IMG/VR virus record: IMGVR_UViG_3300042923_000281 | Coordinates: 62,001 to 126,000 of that record | Length of the DNA: 64,000 bases | Strand: one strand, 5' to 3' | In this document: positions 27,543-37,532 of the stretch, one piece after another | Layout: each line of letters begins with the position of its first letter | Numbering within the stretch: the stretch's first letter is position 1 | Notes under the pieces: generated by a model | What the model was told of the DNA's origin: nothing | Database searches by the model: none | Seen by the model: the letters and a program-made list of their open reading frames with translations, nothing else | Translations under genes and position numbers: made by a program

Positions 27543-28391
27543 TTACGCAGCGATGTCTTTCAAGAAGAGCACGTACGCCTCAATGATGTCGTCTTCTTCC
27601 TGAGTGTACTCATAACGCCCGGAGCGGGAGCTGCCGTCGTTGATGTTGCTCTTGACCCATTCGGCAGAAGTACCGTGGTTGATGCTGAAGCCCGGAACAA
27701 CGCGGTTGTCGAACAGGTTCTTGACAAGGATGTCTTCACCCTTGTCGCCCACGTAGTTCCGATTGATCACCTGTACCGCTGCTTGAATGCGCACTCCGCA
27801 ATAAAGATTGAAGCAGTACTCTTCCAGCTCTTTACGCCCAGCTTTCGCCTGATCGCCTTTGAGGAAGTTGATCACGCCGGTGGACGCTTGCAGTGCACAG
27901 GTATCCAAGCGAGCACGTTCCACCGCATTGATCTCTTCACGCATCTGACGAGAACCACGGGTAGCCTGACGACGAGCACCATTGCCTTCATCGGCGCTGG
28001 CAGATTCATCGGGGACGTGACTGCGATCGAACTTGACCTCTACATCTTCACCGGACGAGAGACGGAAGTTCAGGTCGGACGGCGGGTTGTCAACGAAGTC
28101 TTCCGATGGAGGGAAGGCAGTTACCACCAGACGGAACTGACAGCCACGGTTGTGGATATGCTCCAGCGTCATGTCAGCTTTGAAATCACCCAGTGGGAAT
28201 TCGGCGAATTGATTCGGAGCGATCTCAGCACGGACCATGGTCACAGCGTTGATCTCTTGCAGCTTCTTGTTGAACAAGTAGCCAAAGTAGAAGTACGGGA
28301 AGGCCGCATCCACCAATTCAGGATTGACTGCCCATTTGTTAGCACGGACGATTTCAGGAGCTGCACGGCTAACAGTTTCTTTACGGATCAT
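27543..28391 (-). CDS. Hypothetical protein
   Basis: 282 aa, GAGGA RBS, phage codon bias. Confidence 0.8.
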   Translation of the reverse strand: MIRKETVSRAAPEIVRANKWAVNPELVDAAFPYFYFGYLFNKKLQEINAVTMVRAEIAPNQFAEFPLGDFKADMTLEHIHNRGCQFRLVVTAFPPSEDFVDNPPSDLNFRLSSGEDVEVKFDRSHVPDESASADEGNGARRQATRGSRQMREEINAVERARLDTCALQASTGVINFLKGDQAKAGRKELEEYCFNLYCGVRIQAAVQVINRNYVGDKGEDILVKNLFDNRVVPGFSINHGTSAEWVKSNINDGSSRSGRYEYTQEEDDIIEAYVLFLKDIAA

Positions 28392-28458
28392 GGTGTTTCC
28401 TCGGAAAGGATTGCAATGGTGAAGAGGCTGGGATGTCCCAGCCTCTATTACGGGTGTG

Positions 28459-28860
28459 TTAACCGCCCAGCTTCTCGAACAGACGGAAGCACTTGGCAGT
28501 TTCTTCTTCGGTCAGGTCGATACGCTCGATCTGCGTCAGTTGTTGATCTGGACGGTACACCTTCCAGAAGCCCGGGCCAGGCAGGTCTTTGTCCTTACCG
28601 GACTTACGGACCACCAAGACCGTCAGATGAGGCAGGCCAGCTTCTTTGCAGAAGTTGAACACGTCGTACAGCACAGGCGAGATCGCTTGCGCCAGGGCAT
28701 TGCCAGAGGACGGCAGACCCAACATGATGGCCATGGTTTCGTAGTTGACAGTCTGGCGTTGGATCGCCATCAACTGCAACATGTTCAGGCAGTACAGCGC
28801 CTTGATCTGGCGGGTGTTCATGCCTTCGGTTACAGCGCGGTACGGGGATACAGCTTCCAT
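28459..28860 (-). CDS. Winged-HTH-like small protein
   Basis: QTVNYE.MA..LG...L..VF..C...GLP.LT.LVV.K...PG.GF pattern. Confidence 0.55.
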   Translation of the reverse strand: MEAVSPYRAVTEGMNTRQIKALYCLNMLQLMAIQRQTVNYETMAIMLGLPSSGNALAQAISPVLYDVFNFCKEAGLPHLTVLVVRKSGKDKDLPGPGFWKVYRPDQQLTQIERIDLTEEETAKCFRLFEKLGG

Positions 28861-28873
28861 GGGAAGTCTCCAG

Positions 28874-29455
28874 CTACATTGGTAGCGATGAGTGAGGGGT
28901 TTGGGTTGGGAGCGTGGTTAAAGCGACTCCCATCAGACGTTGGATCTCGATCCGGTGGAAAGGGTAGAACAGATCGTCCACCGCTTCCAGATCGAGTTGT
29001 TCGACGATGGCCTCATTGAGGTCATTGCCATGGGCCCAGCACTGTCGGACATAAACCGACAGCATCTCCATCACGACCATAACGATGATCCGAAGGTACT
29101 TGACGTCACCTTTCAGAGCAAACTCACGAATCGCTTTGGAGAGCCCGTGACCCGCGATGAGAAGAGCATTCGCATCGTTAGGGTCAGCTATGCCGTCGCA
29201 CATAAAGGCTTGGCTAGCATTCTTGCCACAGAGGTTCAAGATCCGGATGGCAGCAATGGCACCCTTGACCGCATCGGCGGTATCAATCAATTGCTGTTTA
29301 CCGTCATTCCAGATCTTGCGATTGATGCTCAGCAAGTCTTGGTCTAACGCGGACAGCCTGTGAACTTTGCTTTGATCAGCGTACCCTTTCTGGTAGTACT
29401 GGTCGTGAAGCTCAACACGATACTGAAGCAGGTGAGACGACTTGCTAAACATCAT
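28874..29455 (-). CDS. Hypothetical protein
   Basis: 193 aa, GGAGG RBS. Confidence 0.75.
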   Translation of the reverse strand: MMFSKSSHLLQYRVELHDQYYQKGYADQSKVHRLSALDQDLLSINRKIWNDGKQQLIDTADAVKGAIAAIRILNLCGKNASQAFMCDGIADPNDANALLIAGHGLSKAIREFALKGDVKYLRIIVMVVMEMLSVYVRQCWAHGNDLNEAIVEQLDLEAVDDLFYPFHRIEIQRLMGVALTTLPTQTPHSSLPM

Positions 29456-29482
29456 TGCCTCCGATTCAGAGGACGCGGGTCC

Positions 29483-29692
29483 TCAGGGCTTATAAGTGAA
29501 ATAGAACATGTACGCGATGTACAATGCTCCGTAGATCAACAGAGCACCCAACGGGAAGTAGACCAGCACCAACATGAAAGGCCCGGGAGCCTTCTTCTGC
29601 GGGATGATCCACAACCACAAGGGTGTCATGACAAGGTGCACCACAGCAGACAAGAAGCCTGCTGCGATGATGAGTAACGAATTATCGGTCAC
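29483..29692 (-). CDS. Small membrane protein (2 TM)
   Basis: 69 aa, GTG start, two hydrophobic segments. Confidence 0.6.
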   Translation of the reverse strand: MTDNSLLIIAAGFLSAVVHLVMTPLWLWIIPQKKAPGPFMLVLVYFPLGALLIYGALYIAYMFYFTYKP

Positions 29693-29701
29693 GTCGAATC
29701 C

Positions 29702-30676
29702 TTACGGTGTGACACCTCGGAAGAGACCCCATGCAGCGGAGAGACGTTCGAGGATGGTGGGTGGTTTGCCGAGGATACGTGGCAGGTTCATACTGCCAGT
29801 AGCCGGATGGGCGATGGAGAACGCTGAAGCTTCAGCATGACCACCACCACCGAACATCTCGGAAATGGTAGACGTGTCGAAGCCACCCTTACGAGCCCGA
29901 AGGCTGTAGACGGTGCGTTCTTTACGGCGGGTGTACAGAACCACAAAATCGTACTTGCCGCTCAGACGATCACCGATCTCATTACGCAGATGGTGAGGCG
30001 CATTGACCATGACGTAGCGTAGACCAGCATCGGTCTCGAAGACTTCAAGGTATTCCTTGATGACACTGCGGATGATCTTGTCGTCGTACTTGAGCAGGGC
30101 ATTACCCACCGCCAAGTATTCCGCTGGGATGTCATCGCCGTGTGCCATCAGGTCAGCGACACGCTCGATAGTCAAGCCGCCGTTGATCAACCACGCGTTG
30201 AGCGCCTTGGTCTCAGGGAACTTGTGTTGCCACAGGTCGTAGTCTTGAATCAAGCGCAACGGCAGAGGCAGCTCAGCGTGCTCGATGTCTTCGATGTCGT
30301 TGAAGAACGCCCATGTCAAGACAGCACCAGAGTAGTCGTTGTCGAACAAGATGAATTTCATCTCACCCCGACGAAGGTACTTCAAGTACTCTTTGTAGGT
30401 CTTCACCCGGCGCATGACGTTTTCCAGCACCGCGGCAGTCTTGTGATGGTCGATGATCAGGATCGACTCGACTTCAGCTTCGATTGCACTCAGCATCTTT
30501 TTAGGGATGCTCAAGTCAACCATGATCACGTGAGAACCAAACACTTCAACCGGCAGTTCCTCACCGTACTGGTAAGGGATGTACTTGGCATCAGCGCCGT
30601 AGTGAGCTGACGCAGCCCAGGCAGCAACAATGCCGTCATTGCAACCACGGTGGTACAGCACGATAGTTGGTTTCAT
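29702..30676 (-). CDS. DHH/DHHA1 family phosphoesterase (nanoRNase-like)
   Basis: YH..C.DG, MVD, IIDHH, YDLW and GGGH.EAS motifs. Confidence 0.85.
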   Translation of the reverse strand: MKPTIVLYHRGCNDGIVAAWAASAHYGADAKYIPYQYGEELPVEVFGSHVIMVDLSIPKKMLSAIEAEVESILIIDHHKTAAVLENVMRRVKTYKEYLKYLRRGEMKFILFDNDYSGAVLTWAFFNDIEDIEHAELPLPLRLIQDYDLWQHKFPETKALNAWLINGGLTIERVADLMAHGDDIPAEYLAVGNALLKYDDKIIRSVIKEYLEVFETDAGLRYVMVNAPHHLRNEIGDRLSGKYDFVVLYTRRKERTVYSLRARKGGFDTSTISEMFGGGGHAEASAFSIAHPATGSMNLPRILGKPPTILERLSAAWGLFRGVTP

Positions 30677-30683
30677 GATGTTC

Positions 30684-31064
30684 TCAGAATTTGACGAGGT
30701 CGTAAGTGATGACGTCGGCCACGGAGGCCTTGGTCACAATGCGAGCACCGAACGCCAAGCGCTCATGTTGCCCGCGGTCGAGGATCTGCTTGACGGTCTT
30801 GGCATGAGGACCAAACGCTTCGATGGTCCCGTAGACATTTCCGTTTTCGTCAAGGCGCAGCTTGGTGATGCGTGCACAGACGCGGTCATCCAGCACTGCA
30901 CGGTAACGATCAGCCTTTTCGTTGATGCTGGCACCGGGCATCAGCCGAGGAGCACCGAACTCACTGTAGAGTCCGCCTGCTTCAGCCTTGGCTTTGAGTT
31001 TCTCAAAGGTGCCTTGTGTGATGGTCTGTTGACCAATGCCCAGCTTTACTTCAGCTTCGCTCAT
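30684..31064 (-). CDS. Truncated, probably inactive prohead-protease-like protein
   Basis: LYSEFGAP / VCARI / FGPH / LAFGAR / VITYDLV align by eye with GE.GHP / V.HHI / .GP.G / FSIR / IVTWD.V of gp175/gp21-type proteases. Confidence 0.5.
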   Translation of the reverse strand: MSEAEVKLGIGQQTITQGTFEKLKAKAEAGGLYSEFGAPRLMPGASINEKADRYRAVLDDRVCARITKLRLDENGNVYGTIEAFGPHAKTVKQILDRGQHERLAFGARIVTKASVADVITYDLVKF

Positions 31065-31071
31065 GTCCGCC

Positions 31072-31422
31072 TCAATGCGTAGTGGTGATGTTGGCAGAGC
31101 AGTCTTGGACTGTCCCTGCGGTCAGGTCGATCGCAATGAACGCAGCCACATCGGTTGCTTGGCCCTCTTGATCCACCTTCATTAGGTGGAAGAAGACCCG
31201 CTCATGGTCATCCATGCCTTGCTCACTGGCGTCAAAGATGAAGTCAGTCTTCCCGGTCAACATGGAGCCCAGGTAGGTGATGTTGTAACCACTGTCACGC
31301 AGGACTTCGATGGAGGTGAAGATCATCTCCGTCAACGGTTGTGCGCAGGCAGGGTTTTGTTCTTTGACGTAAGCGATAGCACGCTCGATGTCATTCGCGA
31401 TCAGCAGATCTGGCTTATTCAT
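31072..31422 (-). CDS. Hypothetical protein
   Basis: 116 aa in co-directional operon. Confidence 0.7.
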   Translation of the reverse strand: MNKPDLLIANDIERAIAYVKEQNPACAQPLTEMIFTSIEVLRDSGYNITYLGSMLTGKTDFIFDASEQGMDDHERVFFHLMKVDQEGQATDVAAFIAIDLTAGTVQDCSANITTTH

Positions 31423-31437
31423 GGTGTCTGTGCTCTG

Positions 31438-32271
31438 TTAGACGCGTGCCAGTGTCAGGCCGCGTTGTCCTTGGTATTTGCCCATCTTGTCTTTGTACGA
31501 ACGCAGGCATGTTTCATCGCCTTGGAAGAAGACGAACTGAGCGATACCTTCTTCGAGGTAGCAGCGGACCGGACTGTTGGTCACGTTAGCCACTTCGATG
31601 ACCACCTCACCTTCAAACTCAGGCTCGATGGGTGTCACGTTGCAGATCAAGGCAGAGCGTGCATAAGTACTCTTGCCCAGCACGATCACGAGCACGTCAC
31701 GCGGGATGCGGAAGAACTCCATGGTCGGTGCCTGAATGTAACTGTGGGCAGGGATCAGAACGTAGCGTGCCCCGTCCTCATCAACGCGAATGAAGGGCGT
31801 AGCAAAGTTCTTCTCCGACATGCGCTTCGGGTCGATCTCCGGCATGAACACATTGGTGAAGACCTTGATCTGGTCGGGGTCACCTTTAATGCGTACGTCG
31901 TAGCCGTAGGAGGACGCACCGAACGAGATAACCTTACGGGCATGCGATGGTGGCTCTTCACCGTACGGCACGTCCACAGGCTCACCAGAGACCCGATCCA
32001 CGTAACGCACTGGTTTATCAAAAGCCCCTTCAATCATGGGCTTCCAATTGTCCAGCAGCTTACGACCTTCCACCGAGTTATCGATAGGAATGGCGATGTG
32101 CTTTCGAGGAGGACGTTTAACCCCTATCTCAGGGTAGTCGTTGATCGCTTGCTGTTCGTACTGCGAGTACGGCGGACCCACCATCATGTCTCGGGCACCG
32201 TGACGACCGTAGAAATGATGGGTGGGCTTAGTGTTCTGCCGGATTATCCAGCGATCAGATTTTAAGCTCAT
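31438..32271 (-). CDS. dcd: dCTP deaminase with N-terminal insertion
   Basis: SDRWI, SSYGYDVR, KSTYAR, NVTPIEPEFEG, IAQFVF and KYQGQRG motifs. Confidence 0.9.
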   Translation of the reverse strand: MSLKSDRWIIRQNTKPTHHFYGRHGARDMMVGPPYSQYEQQAINDYPEIGVKRPPRKHIAIPIDNSVEGRKLLDNWKPMIEGAFDKPVRYVDRVSGEPVDVPYGEEPPSHARKVISFGASSYGYDVRIKGDPDQIKVFTNVFMPEIDPKRMSEKNFATPFIRVDEDGARYVLIPAHSYIQAPTMEFFRIPRDVLVIVLGKSTYARSALICNVTPIEPEFEGEVVIEVANVTNSPVRCYLEEGIAQFVFFQGDETCLRSYKDKMGKYQGQRGLTLARV

Positions 32272-32600
32272 TTGGCTGAGACCTGTTCCTGCTCTTGAGT
32301 CGAGAACATCATGTTCCGGATCTCATCATCGAGCTTCTTGATGTAGGACACCTGTTTACGCATTTCTTCGCCGTAGAACATGGTGTCGATGAGAGTGGGC
32401 TTGCAGCAGATGTCCGCGAAGCGACTCACCTGCTCGATCATCTCGCGGTAGAGTGCCCTGATTTCCTCAGAGTGCCCGCTGTAGCCGACGAAGATGTCAG
32501 TGACGACCAGTCTGCGAATGGCCTTGTGGCTGATCTTGATGCTTTCGTACAGTCTGCGGCGCTCTTCATGGCGAGCACGCAGTCGTTTAATCCAGCCCAT
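32268..32600 (-). CDS. Hypothetical protein
   Basis: 110 aa; overlaps the dcd start. Confidence 0.7.
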   Translation of the reverse strand: MGWIKRLRARHEERRRLYESIKISHKAIRRLVVTDIFVGYSGHSEEIRALYREMIEQVSRFADICCKPTLIDTMFYGEEMRKQVSYIKKLDDEIRNMMFSTQEQEQVSAK

Positions 32601-32610
32601 TGCATTTCCC

Positions 32611-32928
32611 CTAAGCTATTTCTGGCAGGCGAGCGTTGTGACGCTCTCTTAATGTCAAGGCCAGGTTCATACGCCCTGTCGAGACACCGTACCCGTTCTT
32701 TACAGCGTAGTTCCTGACCAGCTTGGTGACTTGGTTACGAACCTTGTCAAACTCCCCTTCTTTCAACTGCGTGGCGAAGTAGTCCCCAACGAAGTACACG
32801 GTCACACTACCGGACTTCCTACATTCCTCATCCTTTACCGTGACCGTTCCGAGTTTGCGAAACCCCGGTAACTCGATCAAGCTAACGACGAGCTTTTCAT
32901 TAAGCTTGTGTATTGTTAGCGCTTCCAT
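32611..32928 (-). CDS. Hypothetical protein
   Basis: 105 aa; first gene of the leftward operon. Confidence 0.7.
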   Translation of the reverse strand: MEALTIHKLNEKLVVSLIELPGFRKLGTVTVKDEECRKSGSVTVYFVGDYFATQLKEGEFDKVRNQVTKLVRNYAVKNGYGVSTGRMNLALTLRERHNARLPEIA

Positions 32929-32944
32929 AAATCCCCCTGATGTA

Positions 32945-33050
32945 CATATAACTGACCCCTTCGTTTTTATTTTACAGTGGTCTCGAAACGATAATGTGTG
33001 GTTACAATACGGTTCAATTTACAAAATAAATAGACCCCCGATACATTATG
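32945..33050. promoter_or_regulatory. Divergent middle/late-type promoter pair (AAA(T/A)A(C/G)-N13/14-TATG on each strand)
   Basis: Minus: GTAAAATAAAAAC-N14-TATG (32975-32945). Plus: AAAATAAATAG-N13-TATG (33023-33050). Confidence 0.45.
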
Positions 33051-33112
33051 CATAGAGGACCAAACATTCTTCAAATCTGGTCTCAGAATCACTAGCTAAG
33101 GCACAGCACACC

Positions 33113-35611
33113 ATGATCAAAGAGTTCATCAAACGCGACGGACGCATCGAGCCGTTCAATGCGCCCAAGGCCCTCGGCTGGGGTAAGTGGGGAGCCAAAG
33201 GCTTCGCCAAGTACATCGATTGGCAGTCCATTGTGGTGGCTACTGTGGCTCAGATGCCTGAGCGCTGCACGGCCAAGGAATTCAACAACGGTCTGATCCG
33301 TAACGCACTGAACACCGATACGTGGGCAGGCCAACTGATGGCCGGTCGTATCTACGCCACGGAGATCCACAAAGAAGTATTCGGGGGCAAGAAGAAGCTC
33401 CCTCTGAAAGAAGTCCACACCGTCATGCAAGCCGCGGGCGTCATGGTCTACCTGAACTACTCGGATGAGGAATACGCTCAGATCGAGAAGTGGGTCGATC
33501 ACGAACGTGACTTCCACTGCGCTCACTACCAGCTCAAGCAAGGCCGTGACAAGTACGCGCTGCGCAACCGTATCACTGGCCGGATCTACGAGACCCGTCA
33601 GCACGCGTTGGCCCGTGTAGCCATGGTCGTGGCAGAGCACCATGATCCAATCACCCGTATGGCCCGTCTGGAGTCCCTCTACAGTGACTTGGTGAACGAG
33701 CGCCTGTCTGCTCCGACCCCGAACCACAACAACATGGGCACTGGCCACAACGGCTTCTTCTCATGCTGCCTGTTCACCTGTGACGACACCAAGGAATCTA
33801 TCGCGGCTTCCAGTCACATCGCTGAAGTCATGACCTACATGTCGGCAGGCTTGGGCGAGAACATGCAGGTGCGTTCGCTGGGCGACCCGATCCGCGGTGG
33901 TTCCATTGTTCACTCGGGCAAGATCCCGTACATGAACAAACAGACCGGCATCGTGAAATCGAACAAGCAAGGCCCACGTGGTGGCAGCTTGAACGAGTTC
34001 TTCAGCGGCTACGATCCAGAAGTCGTGGACATCATGGTCCTGAAGAACCCACGGACCCCGATCAACAAGCGCAACCGTTCCATCGACTACACGATGATGC
34101 TGAACCGTTGGCTGTTGCACAAGTCCTCGCTGAACGAGAACATCTTCCTGTTCAACGTCTACACTGCACCGGACCTGTACCGTGCACTGTACGGCAAAGA
34201 CCTGAACGAGTTCATCGCGCTGTACGAACAGTACGAGCAAGACGAGAACTTCAAGAAGATCTGGATCTCCGCTCGCCAACTGGTCGTCAATGCCCGTTCC
34301 GAAGGTTTCGAGACTGGGCGCTTCTACCTGGCCATGATCGACGAGATCAACTATCACACGCCACACCGTGATGCGATCCATTCGTCGAACCTGTGCGTTG
34401 AGATCACTCAGCCGACTTGGTACTACGACATGCTCCTCGAGTTGTACAGCGAGAAGTTCATCGGGTTCATCAAGTTCGACACCATGTCCACTAAGGGCGT
34501 CTTCCTGGACAGCAACGTCCCGGTTGAAATCCAAGGCGTCGTGGGTGAAGTGGCTGCACTGGAACTCAAAGCCGGCACCATGTTCCGCCGTGCTGCGAAG
34601 GACCGTAAAGAAGGGGATGACCAATGGCACACCGTGGCCAAGGTCTTGGAATCGCGTAAAGAGCCTGAAGTCTCCCTCTGTGCTCTGGCTGCGTTGATCC
34701 CAACGAACATCCACACCGAAGAGCAGTACGCCGAGACTGCCTACAACGCCCTGTACATGATCGACTACTGCATCGATCACAACCACTACGCCCTGCCACA
34801 CATGAAGCTCACGGCACAAGCTCGCCGTAACGCCGGTGTGGGCCTGATGGACGTGGCGCACTACATGGCTCAGCGTAAGCTCTCCTACACGTCCCAAGAG
34901 GGCATGCTGGAGCTGCACCGCATTGCTGAACGTCATGCGTACCACCTGATCAACGCCTCGATTCGTCTGGGTCAAGAGCGTGGCAACGCTGAGTGGATTC
35001 ACAAGACTGACTGGCCACGTGGTTGGACTCCGCAGTCGACCTACAACCGTAACGTCGACACGCTGGCTCCGTTCGTTAACCAGTACGATTGGGATGACGT
35101 CTCTCGTCGTCTGATCGCTCAAGGCGGTGGCCGCTTCAGTTCCCTGATTGCGCACATGCCGGGTGAGTCGTCGTCCAAGTACAGCGCGTGCACCAACAGC
35201 TTGATGGACCTGCGCGAACTGTCGATCATCAAGACCGATGCCGACAACTCGATGTACTGGGTAGCTCCAGAAGCCGACACCCTGAAAGAATGGTACTCCA
35301 TCGCATGGAACCGTACTCGCCGTCAACACAGCGAGACGTACGCCATCTTCCAGAAGTGGGCTGACCAATCCATCAGCGCTGACTGGTACGCCACCTTCAA
35401 GGGTGACGAGAAGATCAGTTCCAGTGACCTGATCGAAGAGACCAACTACATGTCCTGGCTGGGACAGAAGACGGTCTACTACACCAACACTGACTCCTCA
35501 GACAAAGACGCTTTGGCTGGGGTGATGCAACGTGTACGTCGCGAAGTCGCAGAAGACGACGGCCTTGACGTTAGCGGTCCTGCATGTACCTCCGGCGGTT
35601 GCTCCGTTTAA
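33113..35611 (+). CDS. nrdA: Ribonucleotide reductase class Ia alpha subunit
   Basis: IKRDG ATP-cone-like start, SCCL, SNLCVE, SLCAL, HMPGESSS, VYY and C-terminal CxxxxC. Confidence 0.92.
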   Translation: MIKEFIKRDGRIEPFNAPKALGWGKWGAKGFAKYIDWQSIVVATVAQMPERCTAKEFNNGLIRNALNTDTWAGQLMAGRIYATEIHKEVFGGKKKLPLKEVHTVMQAAGVMVYLNYSDEEYAQIEKWVDHERDFHCAHYQLKQGRDKYALRNRITGRIYETRQHALARVAMVVAEHHDPITRMARLESLYSDLVNERLSAPTPNHNNMGTGHNGFFSCCLFTCDDTKESIAASSHIAEVMTYMSAGLGENMQVRSLGDPIRGGSIVHSGKIPYMNKQTGIVKSNKQGPRGGSLNEFFSGYDPEVVDIMVLKNPRTPINKRNRSIDYTMMLNRWLLHKSSLNENIFLFNVYTAPDLYRALYGKDLNEFIALYEQYEQDENFKKIWISARQLVVNARSEGFETGRFYLAMIDEINYHTPHRDAIHSSNLCVEITQPTWYYDMLLELYSEKFIGFIKFDTMSTKGVFLDSNVPVEIQGVVGEVAALELKAGTMFRRAAKDRKEGDDQWHTVAKVLESRKEPEVSLCALAALIPTNIHTEEQYAETAYNALYMIDYCIDHNHYALPHMKLTAQARRNAGVGLMDVAHYMAQRKLSYTSQEGMLELHRIAERHAYHLINASIRLGQERGNAEWIHKTDWPRGWTPQSTYNRNVDTLAPFVNQYDWDDVSRRLIAQGGGRFSSLIAHMPGESSSKYSACTNSLMDLRELSIIKTDADNSMYWVAPEADTLKEWYSIAWNRTRRQHSETYAIFQKWADQSISADWYATFKGDEKISSSDLIEETNYMSWLGQKTVYYTNTDSSDKDALAGVMQRVRREVAEDDGLDVSGPACTSGGCSV

Positions 35612-35676
35612 TCTGCTCGGCATGATGCCGGTGCTTCCGCCGGCATTACCTCCAACACTTAATAGACGGCAACGAC

Positions 35677-36876
35677 ATGTCTAATCTGAAAGAAGCTTCA
35701 CCGATCGCTGCACTGCAATCCATCGTCCAACCCGCCATGTTTGACGTGAACATCTTCAACGCCGAAAAGCAGAACTACGGTGACAGCCGTTTGTTCCTCG
35801 GCGAACCGGCAGGCTTGCTGGACACCGTGAACGATCCGCATCCGAAGCTGTGGGACTTCTGGCGCTCGCTCCGTGGTCTGGACTGGGACACCAACGAGTT
35901 CGACTTCAGTCCGTGCTTGCTGGAATTCAAGACCGGCGATAAGTTCGTCGCTCAAGCCATGATCCAGAACTTGGGCTGGCAGTGGGAAGGTGACACCCTC
36001 GCAGCCAACAGCATCATGGCCGTGGGTAACCACTTCGTGACCAGTTCTGCACTGAAGGTAGTGTGGGACCAGATCGTGGCTAACGAGAACCTGCACGCTA
36101 CGACCTACTCTGAGATCGTGCGTTACAGCTTCGACACGCCGAACGAAGTACTGGCCAACGTACTGGGCATCAAAGAAGCCATGTCCCGCATGGAAGTCAT
36201 TGGCCGTACCATGGGCGAATGCTACCGAGTGGGTCTGAAGGTCTCCCTGGGCCTCATTGACCGTAACTCCGACGAAGCCTACCGTGCTGCGTTCATGTTC
36301 ACGGTTGCACTGTTCCTGCTCGAGCGTGTGAACTTCATGGGTTCGTTCGCAGTGACTGGCGGTATCGCACAGACTGGCGCCTACATGCCAATCTGCAAAG
36401 CGGTACAGCGCATTGCTCAGGACGAAGCTGAGATCCACGTCAACGTCGGCAAGTACGTGCTCCAGTACGAGATGTCCACTGAACGTGGCCGTGCCTGCTG
36501 GAAAGCCAACCGTCACCTGATCGACGACATGACCCTCGAAGTGCGTGCATCTGAAATGCGTTGGAGAAACTTCCAGCGTGATTCGGGTTCCATCGTACCG
36601 GGCGTGGGCTGGGATGAGATTGGTTCGTTCATCAACTTCAACGTGGCTGATGCCTGTGACGTCCTGGAACGTCCTGTGGACTTCAAAGCCCCGCTGGAGA
36701 TGCCATTGCCGTACATGGCGAAATGGTTGGACGTGGCGGCCACTCAGGCCTCCCCACAAGAACAGGACAACGGTCAATACCGCGTGAACGTCGTGCGTCA
36801 TGACGACCACGATAAGGTGTTCCCGTTCCAACTGCACCGTCCACAGAACCCCTCGCGGATTCTGTTGCCAGCATAA
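35677..36876 (+). CDS. nrdB: Ribonucleotide reductase beta subunit
   Basis: Di-iron ligands (D; ENLH...Y radical tyrosine; LE...F; DE..IH) and C-terminal PQE...Y. Confidence 0.9.
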   Translation: MSNLKEASPIAALQSIVQPAMFDVNIFNAEKQNYGDSRLFLGEPAGLLDTVNDPHPKLWDFWRSLRGLDWDTNEFDFSPCLLEFKTGDKFVAQAMIQNLGWQWEGDTLAANSIMAVGNHFVTSSALKVVWDQIVANENLHATTYSEIVRYSFDTPNEVLANVLGIKEAMSRMEVIGRTMGECYRVGLKVSLGLIDRNSDEAYRAAFMFTVALFLLERVNFMGSFAVTGGIAQTGAYMPICKAVQRIAQDEAEIHVNVGKYVLQYEMSTERGRACWKANRHLIDDMTLEVRASEMRWRNFQRDSGSIVPGVGWDEIGSFINFNVADACDVLERPVDFKAPLEMPLPYMAKWLDVAATQASPQEQDNGQYRVNVVRHDDHDKVFPFQLHRPQNPSRILLPA

Positions 36877-36883
36877 GCACCTG

Positions 36884-36923
36884 CCCCCTACAGCGCGCAA
36901 AACGCTGTAGGGGGTTTATGCCG
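36884..36923 (+). terminator. Terminator after nrdB
   Basis: 12-bp stem 36884-36895/36903-36914 followed by TTTATGCCG. Confidence 0.8.
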
Positions 36924-36977
36924 ACATCCTATGTACAGCAATTCCTTCGCTGTATTTGCTCACATGAGGATCTTCAT

Positions 36978-37502
36978 ATGAACGCTGCTCACGCTGGTCG
37001 GGCTCTGCTGCTCGCCGCACTGAACGTCGCTGCCGCTGCTCAGGGCAAAACCCTGCTGGCTTCCGATTTCACTTTCGGTGAAGTCGCTGCTTCGACCAAC
37101 CCAAACCGTGAAGTTCAGGTTGAACTGACCGCGGCTCCTGAATCGCTGTTCTCCGGCGAACAGACCGTGTTCTTCGACCGCCTGGACCTGCAAGGCATCT
37201 TCACCGCTGCCGGCATCAACGACGTGACTGTCATCCGCGGTGCTGCTACCGTTGGTGAACTGGTCACTGGCCTGAACGACCGTTTCGGTCTGGGCTTCAA
37301 CGCTGAAGACTTCGATCTGACCGCCGCCATCGGCGAAGAAGACACCGAAGTTGTCCTGTCGGCCCTGCCGACTTCGTTCGCTTTCAAAGGCGAGCTGCTG
37401 GTCACTCTGGCGGTAGCCAAAACCCCTTTGGCTGATGCCGTCGTTAACCCAGAGCTCGGCGGCCTGGAAGTGACCCCTGTTGACTCCGAAGCCCAAGGCT
37501 AA
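36978..37502 (+). CDS. Putative virion (tail-associated) protein
   Basis: YxG/FxRLDL-type repeats, SFAFKG; strong codon bias. Confidence 0.6.
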   Translation: MNAAHAGRALLLAALNVAAAAQGKTLLASDFTFGEVAASTNPNREVQVELTAAPESLFSGEQTVFFDRLDLQGIFTAAGINDVTVIRGAATVGELVTGLNDRFGLGFNAEDFDLTAAIGEEDTEVVLSALPTSFAFKGELLVTLAVAKTPLADAVVNPELGGLEVTPVDSEAQG

Positions 37503-37532
37503 GGGTTGACCCGATAGGGTGAGGGAATAATC

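Noticed and set aside
34415-34665. Intein in NrdA
   Set aside because: Too short, with no C/S start and no HN-C/S/T end.
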